Below are positions 1 through 6,750 of a stretch of DNA of 19,393 nucleotides, one piece after another. The stretch covers positions 1-19,393 of the forward strand of contig JBILDU010000056.1 of NCBI GenBank assembly GCA_044352465.1, given 5' to 3'. Position 1 is the stretch's first letter, and every line of letters starts with the position of its first letter. This DNA is from Bdellovibrionota bacterium. GTDB taxonomy: Bacteria; Bdellovibrionota_C; UBA2361. Below the pieces are notes generated by a model, which was not told the origin of the DNA, did not search any database, and worked only from the letters and a program-made list of their open reading frames with translations. The position numbers were made by a program, and so were the translations under genes.

Positions 1-322
1 GGGTTGAAGTCCCAGGGGGCGGTTCTGAGGGGTGCGTTAGGGCGACTTCTGCCACAGGTTGGTTAGTACAGCAGACACACCGCGGGCTTTTTCGGGGGGC
101 CCTTACTCCGCCCGCACAATCTCCGGTGGGGGAGAAAAGACTTATCCGGCGATATACCTGTATGGTGCAACTAGTGTTCTCTTGAGGGTGCAAGATGGGA
201 CGTACCAGGCGGGCGGTGGGAAGCTTGTGCAAAAAATGTAGCTGAAGCGGGTGGTTGGGCAGATTGGGGTTGGTGATTGGGTTTATATAGTTGCGAGGTG
301 CAGCTATGTATTAGGGCGGTTA

Positions 323-1663
323 TCAACTGGGGAGCGCCAGGGTGAGCCAGGCTAAATCTCCCTGGGTAATCACTAGGGGGGTGCGGTTGCGGAGCTCTGG
401 ATATACACGGTGCAAGGGGCGGGTGGGGCGAGCGGTATCGAGTCGGATCGCCTTGAGGCGGGTCTGGGTGAGTGCGTAGGCAAGGAGGGCCGCTGGAACC
501 TCGGCTCCGTGCGCATCCTCCCAAAGGAGTTGAACGGCGGTGCCGGTGTCTCGATCGACCGCAATTTCGAGGATTCCAACGCTCTGTTGATGCCGCGGGG
601 TATCCGTTCTGGTTGCGACCAGGGTGAGCGAGTCCGCAGCGATGAGGCGCTCAGGTAGGTTGTCGTGGTCGTCCGCCGTGCTAAGGAGCTCTATCAATAG
701 GCGCCGCGCCTCTTGGCGCGCAGCGTCACCGAGAATTCGCCGGACGACGACTCGGCGAGCAACGCTCACGGGGATGGTAAAGGGAGCAAGCGCAAATTTT
801 TTAAGCAGCGTGGCGAGCTGACCTCTCTCTTCTGCAGACAAAACGTCGCTAGCTTTACGGAGAAAGCTTTCGGCGGCGGCGGCGTTTTCTTGGGCCCGCG
901 TGTGGCCGCGGGGGGTCAGCGATAACTCAATAAACCGACTATCGTGATCTCGCCGTGTTTTACGGAGAAGCCCGTCTGCCGTGAGGCGTGAAACTGTTCG
1001 GGAAGTCGTCGTGGCATCGTTCGCCATGAAGTCGATCAATGTGTACATGGCGAATCGGCTCGGCGTCGTCGAGACGAGGTGAAGAATCTGACATACCTCG
1101 GCGGACTGAGCGGTGCTCATGCACGAAAAACCGCTGAAGCCGAAACCGCGGGCGAGCTGTCGTACCACCTGCGGAAGGGAGCGCTTTAAGAGATTGCGAC
1201 GATTGGGTGAGCCGTCGAGAGAGTCGACGATGCGGGCGAGGAGCTCGGTCAAGTGGCCGTGCGCCGACTGCTCGAGGGGATCCAGCGCAAGCGTAAGAGC
1301 GTGGGTCTCTACGGAAGCTACTCTATCAAGCGCTCTCTGGCCGAGCGGTGTACACCAGAGCGTCTTTCCTCGGCGGTCGGTTGAGTCGCGTCTTTCCCGA
1401 ACCAGCGAGCGCTCCAGTAGGCCCAGCAAATTACGAGAGATCGTGCTCTTTCCGATCTGGAGACGGTCGACGAGCGCCTGAGCTTTGAGACCGGGTTGAG
1501 CGCCGAGCGTGGAGAGAATATCGATTTCGTTAGGCGATAGCGCCGGCCTCAGGAATCGCTGCGCCGCGATAAGGCGTTGGTAAAATCCGAGAAAGAGGGG
1601 ATAAAAAGCGACGTCGTTATCGTCGGGACGGTCCCAATCAGTCGCGAGGGGTTGCTTAATCAT
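323..1663 (-). CDS. Transcriptional regulator with two tandem MarR-type winged-helix domains and a possible degenerate GNAT-like C-terminal domain
   Basis: 446-aa ORF with two MarR recognition-helix/wing signatures: IGKSTISRNLLGLLERSLVRERRDSTDRRGKTLWCTPLG and DATTTSRTVSRLTADGLLRKTRRDHDSRFIELSLTPRG. Each is followed by a MarR-type C-terminal helix (LEQSAHGHLTELLARI; LSAEERGQLATLLKKF). The C-terminal ~150 aa has an alpha/beta pattern; the GNAT call is inference. Confidence 0.8.
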   Translation of the reverse strand: MIKQPLATDWDRPDDNDVAFYPLFLGFYQRLIAAQRFLRPALSPNEIDILSTLGAQPGLKAQALVDRLQIGKSTISRNLLGLLERSLVRERRDSTDRRGKTLWCTPLGQRALDRVASVETHALTLALDPLEQSAHGHLTELLARIVDSLDGSPNRRNLLKRSLPQVVRQLARGFGFSGFSCMSTAQSAEVCQILHLVSTTPSRFAMYTLIDFMANDATTTSRTVSRLTADGLLRKTRRDHDSRFIELSLTPRGHTRAQENAAAAESFLRKASDVLSAEERGQLATLLKKFALAPFTIPVSVARRVVVRRILGDAARQEARRLLIELLSTADDHDNLPERLIAADSLTLVATRTDTPRHQQSVGILEIAVDRDTGTAVQLLWEDAHGAEVPAALLAYALTQTRLKAIRLDTARPTRPLHRVYPELRNRTPLVITQGDLAWLTLALPS

Positions 1664-1670
1664 GGTCGTC

Positions 1671-1698
1671 GTTTTACCCGCGGGGTAATCTCGGTCTA
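1671..1698 (-). promoter_or_regulatory. Candidate sigma70-like promoter (TAGACC-N16-TAAAAC) overlapped by palindrome TTACCC-GCG-GGGTAA
   Basis: The -10-like hexamer ends 7 nt before the ATG at 1663, with no SD next to that ATG. The palindrome at 1674-1688 overlaps it and is a possible autoregulatory operator. Confidence 0.35.
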
Positions 1699-1790
1699 TT
1701 GATCATGGATTGAACTGCGTCCTCCTTCAACTAAAAAAGAAACGTCGGATGGTGTCATCGCTCAGCTTGATGGGCCATGTATGCTCCGCT

Positions 1791-1849
1791 CTCGCAGGAT
1801 GCGCTCAAAAGCCCCCAACCCCGTGGGGACTTTCGCGCGACCCTGCGAG
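1791..1849 (-). other. Long stem-loop in intergenic region
   Basis: On the minus strand, CTCGCAGGG/TCCTGCGAG, GCGC/GCGC and GAAAGTCCCCA/TGGGGGCTTTT stack into one ~24-bp interrupted hairpin. It includes three G-U pairs that only form on the minus strand. Confidence 0.6.
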
Positions 1850-1912
1850 GACTCCGACCCCCGGATCGGCTCTCGGGCGAAAAAACGTTCATGTCGGAGC
1901 ACGACGGGATTG

Positions 1913-2040
1913 TCTATTCCTCGTGGTTCGACCATTAAATTCTTTCACCTGCAAGGGAATAGAATTTATGCTCATCACTAGTCCTGAGTTAGTTTTTCAC
2001 TCCGCGGGAGTGAAAGAACTTATTGGTCGAAGGACTAGTG
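1913..2040. repeat. Inverted pair of homologous hairpin units sharing a 22-nt motif (20/22 identical)
   Basis: 1927-1948 TTCGACCATTAAATTCTTTCAC vs reverse complement of 2010-2031 TTCGACCAATAAGTTCTTTCAC. Unit 1 is closed by TCTATTCC/GGAATAGA (1913-1920/1956-1963). Unit 2 is closed by CACTAGTCCT/AGGACTAGTG (1976-1985/2031-2040). Confidence 0.8.
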
Positions 2041-2051
2041 GGCGCTGCGGG

Positions 2052-2387
2052 CTAGCGCAGCGCACGGACGCGGCCCACGGCGTCGCTCTCAACCCGCCCA
2101 CACATGAGGTTGCAGAGCGCTTTTAATTTAGGATCGCTGATGGAATATCGAGCGAAGTTGCCGGATTGCTGGCGGGTAACGAAGCGGGCGCTCAAGAGGA
2201 CCCCGAGGTGTTTCGAGACGTTCCCCTGTTTCAGGCCGGTTGCTTCGATGAGCTCGGTAACGGTAGCGGAGCCCTCCATGAGCGCACGTAGAATCTTGAG
2301 TCGGGAAGGTTCGGCGAGCACTCCGAAAAGACGCGCGATCTCCTCAATGTGAGTGTTGGTGAGCACAGGACTTGCTTTTGGCGTCAT
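2052..2387 (-). CDS. ArsR/SmtB-family transcriptional repressor, probable persulfide/redox sensor of the adjacent operon
   Basis: 111 aa. FGVLAEPSRLKILRAL...TVTELIEATGLKQGNVSKHLGVL...FVTRQQSG is a typical ArsR HTH. The only two Cys are C92 and C96 (LCNLMC). Divergent from rhodanese/PDO/TauE genes. Confidence 0.92.
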   Translation of the reverse strand: MTPKASPVLTNTHIEEIARLFGVLAEPSRLKILRALMEGSATVTELIEATGLKQGNVSKHLGVLLSARFVTRQQSGNFARYSISDPKLKALCNLMCGRVESDAVGRVRALR

Positions 2388-2395
2388 AGAGACTT

Positions 2396-2424
2396 AGTAT
2401 ATAGCTATATAGCGATGCAGTAAA
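2396..2424 (-). promoter_or_regulatory. sigma70-type promoter for arsR (TTTACT-N17-TATACT) containing perfect palindrome TATATAGCTATATA (putative ArsR operator)
   Basis: Minus strand -35 at 2419-2424 and -10 at 2396-2401, 8 nt before the ATG at 2387. A perfect 14-bp AT-rich palindrome lies at 2398-2411 in the ~55-bp divergent spacer. Confidence 0.7.
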
Positions 2425-2443
2425 GTTTAAATCGGAGGGGGTG

Positions 2444-2995
2444 ATGGGAGAGGTTCGTTCAATTGAGTGCACGGCTCTGTCGAGCGATAAAGATCAGTCG
2501 GTCTTTATCGATGTTCGTACACCAGCGGAATACGGAGAGGCCCATATCACAGGGGCGGTGCTGCAGCCGCTCAGTAACCTCGATGTCCACGCGGTAGAGA
2601 AGCTTGCTGCCGGGAAAGACCGCTGTGTGCTGGTGTGTCGTTCGGGAAACAGAGCGCGTCAGGCTGCCGAGAAATTGAGTGGGACGATACCGAACGTTGT
2701 TGTTCTAGAGGGAGGAGTCGCCGCATGGGAAGCCGCGGGGCTGCCGCTTGTGCGTGGGCAAAAAGCGATGTCGCTTGAGCGTCAGGTCCGCATCGCTGCA
2801 GGAAGTCTCGTGCTTCTGGGGGTGTTGGTGGGTGCTTTTATCGCTCCATGGGGATACGCTATCAGCGCCTTCATCGGCGCGGGCCTCGTGTTCTCCGGGA
2901 TCACCGATACGTGTGGGATGGCCATGGTGATTGCACGGATGCCGTGGAATAACCGCAATGCTGGGTGTACGGCATCTCGCTGCGCGATCAAGTAG
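2444..2995 (+). CDS. Rhodanese-domain protein with C-terminal DUF2892 membrane domain (YgaP-like sulfurtransferase)
   Basis: Rhodanese motifs IDVRTPAEY..AHITGA, active-site loop VCRSGNRA and LEGGVAAWEAAGLP. DUF2892-type tail SLERQVRIAAG...GAGLVFSGITDTCGMA...RMPWN. SD GGAGGGG at 2434-2440 favours ATG 2444 over GTG 2441. Confidence 0.92.
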   Translation: MGEVRSIECTALSSDKDQSVFIDVRTPAEYGEAHITGAVLQPLSNLDVHAVEKLAAGKDRCVLVCRSGNRARQAAEKLSGTIPNVVVLEGGVAAWEAAGLPLVRGQKAMSLERQVRIAAGSLVLLGVLVGAFIAPWGYAISAFIGAGLVFSGITDTCGMAMVIARMPWNNRNAGCTASRCAIK

Positions 2996-3004
2996 GAGGA
3001 TTCT

Positions 3005-4432
3005 ATGTTGCTCCGCCAGATCTTCGATCCGTATTTAGCACAGTATGCCTATCTTGTCGGTTGCCAGCGTACAGGCGAGGCGCTCGTCATCGACCCTGAG
3101 CGCGATATAGACCAATATACGAGCCTCGCGGCTGAAAACGGGTTGCGCATCACGGCGGTAGCGGAGACCCATATTCACGCCGATTTCGTGAGCGGAGCGG
3201 CCGAGTTTGCGGCGGATCCAGCCGTGAATCTCTATCTTTCGGGCGAAGGGGGCGCCGATTGGTCTTATCGGTGGCCGGAGAATCGCCCGAATACACACAT
3301 CGTTCGAGATGGGGAGCGTTTTAACATCGGGAACATCGAGATCGAAGTCGTACACACCCCGGGGCATACGCCCGAACATCTCTCCTTTCTTATCACCGAT
3401 CGGGGGAGTGGTGCGACTGAGCCGATGGCATTGGCCACCGGCGATTTCCTCTTTGTTGGGGATGTGGGGCGTCCCGATCTGTTAGAGTCTGCAGCCGGGG
3501 TCAAGAATATCATGGAACCCTCGGCGCGGACGTTGCAGGAGTCGCTGGCGCAGCGTCTCGTGGCCTACCCGGATTTTCTCCAGATTCTCCCCGCTCACGG
3601 GGCGGGAAGCGCGTGCGGCAAGGCCCTTGGCGCAGTCCCGATGACGACCCTCGGCTATGAGCGGCGGTTTAATCGGGCATTAAAGCTCGCCGGTGTCGAT
3701 AAAGAGGGCTTTGTGAAGGACATCCTTCACGGTCAGCCGAATCCACCCCTGTACTTTGCGACGATGAAACGGGTGAATCGTGATGGCATCGCGGTAACGG
3801 GGGGTGCGCCGCGGGGACACCGTCTCTCGCCGCAGAGATTCACGGAGGTTCAAGGCAGGGCAGACACCAGAGTCTTAGACGTGCGAATGGATCGGGCTGC
3901 ATTCGATGCGGGCCATGCTCCCGGCGCCATTGCAGCCCCTCTCCGTTCCACGTTCTTTGCGATGGCGGCGGGCTCGTTTCTCGAGACGCATACCCCAATC
4001 GTGTTGATGGTTGAACACGAGGATGACGTTGAGCTTGCCGCCCGGCAGCTCTATCGTATCGGGCTCGACGGTCTCGTCGGTTGGATTACCCTGGAGGATG
4101 CACGGGAAGGGGGGCTGCTCACGGCCCAAACCGAGCGTATCGACTTTGCCGATTTCGATCCGACCGCAGCACGACGAGCGGGAGAGATCCTCGATGTCCG
4201 TACGACAGCGGAGTTCGAAGAGCACCATCTTGAGGGGGCCCATTCGATGCCGTACACCCGTCTTCGGAGCTACCTCCCGAATCTCTCCAAAGAGAAAACC
4301 CTCTACGTTCATTGTGCCTCGGGTAAGCGCGCCTCTTTGGCCACCGCCTTCCTGGTCGCGGAGGGATTTCAGGCGGTGCACGTCGACGGCATGTTCGGGA
4401 CGTGTGGGGCGCGATGCCGGACGGGGGGATAG
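3005..4432 (+). CDS. MBL-fold persulfide dioxygenase fused to two rhodanese domains (CstB-like)
   Basis: Motifs ETHIHADFVSG, HTPGHTPEH, TGDFLFVGDVGRPDL and Cys loop PAHGAGSACGK. The middle rhodanese lacks a catalytic Cys; the C-terminal rhodanese has HCASGKRA. SD AGGAGG at 2994-2999. Confidence 0.93.
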   Translation: MLLRQIFDPYLAQYAYLVGCQRTGEALVIDPERDIDQYTSLAAENGLRITAVAETHIHADFVSGAAEFAADPAVNLYLSGEGGADWSYRWPENRPNTHIVRDGERFNIGNIEIEVVHTPGHTPEHLSFLITDRGSGATEPMALATGDFLFVGDVGRPDLLESAAGVKNIMEPSARTLQESLAQRLVAYPDFLQILPAHGAGSACGKALGAVPMTTLGYERRFNRALKLAGVDKEGFVKDILHGQPNPPLYFATMKRVNRDGIAVTGGAPRGHRLSPQRFTEVQGRADTRVLDVRMDRAAFDAGHAPGAIAAPLRSTFFAMAAGSFLETHTPIVLMVEHEDDVELAARQLYRIGLDGLVGWITLEDAREGGLLTAQTERIDFADFDPTAARRAGEILDVRTTAEFEEHHLEGAHSMPYTRLRSYLPNLSKEKTLYVHCASGKRASLATAFLVAEGFQAVHVDGMFGTCGARCRTGG

Positions 4433-4435
4433 CCC

Positions 4436-5227
4436 GTGTTTCTGGCGCTCCTCCTCGGGAGCCTTGTGGGACTTTCTTTGGGGCTGACCGGCGGGGGTGG
4501 CTCGATCTTCGCCGTTCCGCTTCTTGTGTACGGATTAGGGTTGGAATTCCGTGAGGCGGTGGCGATATCGCTTCTCGTCGTAGGCTCAATAGCGGCTTTC
4601 GGCGCGGTGGTTCACGGTGTGCGGCGGGAGGTGCTGTGGGGCGCCGGGCTGATGCTCGGCGTAGGAGGTATTATCACAGCGCCGCTCGGAGCGCGGTTGG
4701 GTGCACAGCTTGGTGAGACGGTTGCACTGGGGCTTTTTGCGGTCGTCATGTTCTGTGTGGGGTATCCGATGCTGCGAGGGGGTGGTATCGGTGACCGCCT
4801 TGAGTGGGGAGAGCTGCGGTGCCCGCTCGGTCTCATGGGACGACCCCGATTCTCCCTCCTGTGTGCGAGTAAGCTTTTGGTGGGTGGTTTTGTCGTGGGT
4901 GTGCTCTCCGGCCTTTTCGGAGTAGGGGGAGGATTTCTTATCGTTCCAGCGCTGACGATGGTGTTACCGATAGCGTTTGAGACTGCGCTCGCCTCGTCGT
5001 TAGTCTCGGTCTCTCTTATCGCGGTCGCGGGAGTTTTGGCCCATGCTGAGGACCTCCGGAGCGCCATAGATGTCACGATCGGCTTCTTCATCTTGGGAGG
5101 AGTGCTCGGTATGGTGACCGGAATCATCCTGAAGCGGAGGCTTGATCGGGAGAAGCTTCGGCGGGCTTTCGGTGGGGTGACGCTCGGAGCTGCTGTCCTC
5201 GTACTTTTCCTCAGTGGGTGGTTATGA
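4436..5227 (+). CDS. Sulfite exporter TauE/SafE family membrane protein
   Basis: Duplicated TauE motif GLTGGGGSIFAVP and GLFGVGGGFLIVP, about 8 hydrophobic segments, GTG start 3 nt after the previous stop. Confidence 0.92.
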   Translation: MFLALLLGSLVGLSLGLTGGGGSIFAVPLLVYGLGLEFREAVAISLLVVGSIAAFGAVVHGVRREVLWGAGLMLGVGGIITAPLGARLGAQLGETVALGLFAVVMFCVGYPMLRGGGIGDRLEWGELRCPLGLMGRPRFSLLCASKLLVGGFVVGVLSGLFGVGGGFLIVPALTMVLPIAFETALASSLVSVSLIAVAGVLAHAEDLRSAIDVTIGFFILGGVLGMVTGIILKRRLDREKLRRAFGGVTLGAAVLVLFLSGWL

Positions 5228-6499
5228 GCGGAGAAGAATTAGGGCGATCTCCGGTTGGCGGACCGCTTGGCTGAGGACTTGGGCCGAGGTCTCTTGGCGT
5301 ATCTGTGCAAGGGTGCGGCGAGCGGTCTCCTCAGCGATATCGACGTCCCTAATGCGCGATTCTGCCGCGAGGTTGTTTATTCGACTCGACTCCGCTCCGC
5401 GGAACGAACTTTCGAGACGGCTCTGTGCTGCTCCGAATCGGCCCTGAATGGCGCTGAGCTCACCTAATCGCGCATTGACCAGCGTGAGTGCTGATCTTGC
5501 GCCGGTGACTGTGGCGACGTTGGAAAATTCTATCGCAGTTGAGCCGGAAACGTCGCCCGCGATTCTACTGAAGGCGGGTGCTGAGCCAGAGCGTGCGAGG
5601 GTAAGACCGGAGAGGTCTACGGTCATAGAGCCGCTCACCGTCCCTTCGTCGAACGCGGTCGAGATCGTTACTGAAGTGCCAGAGGCGTTGTAGATACCGA
5701 AGAGAAAGAGATTTGACTGCCCGTTAATCGGAAATTCCTCGTTGTATTCGTAACCATCGGGTCCTATATCGCTGGTACGGGCGTAGGCGAGGAGCAGATA
5801 TCCAGCGGTCTCTTGATAGGCTACTTGGAGAAAGATCTCCCGGTTTCGCCCCGAATTATCGGTCAGTGAAGTTGCGAAGTATTGACCTTGCGAGGTAGTT
5901 ACGAAACTCTCGAAGGATGTCTGACCAAACGGGAGAAATAACACACTTGACCCAAGGATCTCGCCCGCATAGACGGTGCCACTGAGCGTCGCAGAGTTTG
6001 CCCCCTCGACCGCGAGGGTAGAGGATGCTTGCCCGGTGATTCCGGTCTGGATCTGGAGAGATGCGGGCGTAGTCCCCCTTCCGGCCCGAAGGAGGTTGAT
6101 GCCGTTAAATGTCGTGGCATCGCCGATTCGTCCGTATTCTTTAACGAGGGCTTGGTATTCGCGGTCAGCGCTGGCTCGTTGGGTCGTCCCGTAGGTTCCG
6201 TTCGCCGATTGCTCGGCGAGTTCGGCGAGCCGTTGAAGAATAGTTACCTGAGAATCGATCGCTGAGCTCGCGATATTGAGAGCGGAGATGCCGTCGTTGA
6301 TGTTACGCCCAGCGACATCAAAAAGTTTAGAGCGACTTTTGAGCGCATCAGCGACGGCGATACCCGCTGCGTCGTCGCTTGCTCGATTGATCCGTTGACC
6401 TGAGGAGAGTCGTTCGGCGGTGCGCGCAACGATATCGGTCGCTCGATCGAGAGAGCGACTTGCACCGAGCGCAGCGATGTTACGACCGAGCGTGATCAC
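5222..6499 (-). CDS. fliC: Flagellin (divergent, orphan)
   Basis: N-terminal ERLSSGQRINRASDDAAG, RNINDGIS, LQRLAELAEQSANGT and TTFNGINLL. C-terminal GRFGAAQSRLE, NLAAESRIRDVDIAEE and QVLSQA. About 150-aa variable central region. GTG start. Confidence 0.93.
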   Translation of the reverse strand: MITLGRNIAALGASRSLDRATDIVARTAERLSSGQRINRASDDAAGIAVADALKSRSKLFDVAGRNINDGISALNIASSAIDSQVTILQRLAELAEQSANGTYGTTQRASADREYQALVKEYGRIGDATTFNGINLLRAGRGTTPASLQIQTGITGQASSTLAVEGANSATLSGTVYAGEILGSSVLFLPFGQTSFESFVTTSQGQYFATSLTDNSGRNREIFLQVAYQETAGYLLLAYARTSDIGPDGYEYNEEFPINGQSNLFLFGIYNASGTSVTISTAFDEGTVSGSMTVDLSGLTLARSGSAPAFSRIAGDVSGSTAIEFSNVATVTGARSALTLVNARLGELSAIQGRFGAAQSRLESSFRGAESSRINNLAAESRIRDVDIAEETARRTLAQIRQETSAQVLSQAVRQPEIALILLRS

Positions 6500-6540
6500 A
6501 ACCGGACAACAACGAACAACTTATGGTGGGGCACCTCTAT

Positions 6541-6568
6541 AAGTCGGAAATTACTCAAGATTTCTCGA
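6541..6568 (-). promoter_or_regulatory. Possible sigma28 (FliA)-like promoter TCGAG-N15-TCCGACTT
   Basis: Partial match to TAAAG/TCAAG...GCCGATAA about 40 nt upstream of the flagellin start. Several mismatches, and the spacing is about 1 nt longer than consensus. Confidence 0.3.
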
Positions 6569-6750
6569 GGCCTTTCTTCAGGCGACGCTTTCAAAAGGTG
6601 GACATGAAAAAGGTGTTTGATTACGCGGTGTTAGTGGCGCCCCCTTCCGTGATGACCGTGCGAGAATCGCGTAGATATCGATCGAGAATTATTAGTGATG
6701 TTCCTTTTGGCGTCGGGGACTGCGTTGCTCGGTCGCTCGAAAGTCGGGTG

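Noticed and set aside
189..206. sigma54-like TGGTAC...TTGC on the minus strand
   Set aside because: 8 nt separate the elements instead of the strictly required 5.
249..281. Four G-tracts (potential G-quadruplex)
   Set aside because: Loops of 5, 6 and 9 nt in a G-rich region; plausible by chance.
1674..1726. 10-codon minus-strand uORF MINRPRLPRG preceded by AGGAGG
   Set aside because: SD-to-ATG spacing is 14 nt, too long for efficient initiation, and nothing else supports a leader peptide.
1925..2033. MITE interpretation of the 22-bp inverted repeat (GG on both flanks)
   Set aside because: A 2-bp flank match is expected by chance, the homologous stems extend outside the repeat, and no transposase is present.
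1710..2126. 138-aa + strand ORF (and 66-aa ORF 1781-1981) across the structured spacer
   Set aside because: TTG start for the long ORF, no SD, no recognisable motif, and overlap with the arsR 3' end. The dense inverted repeats suggest non-coding DNA.
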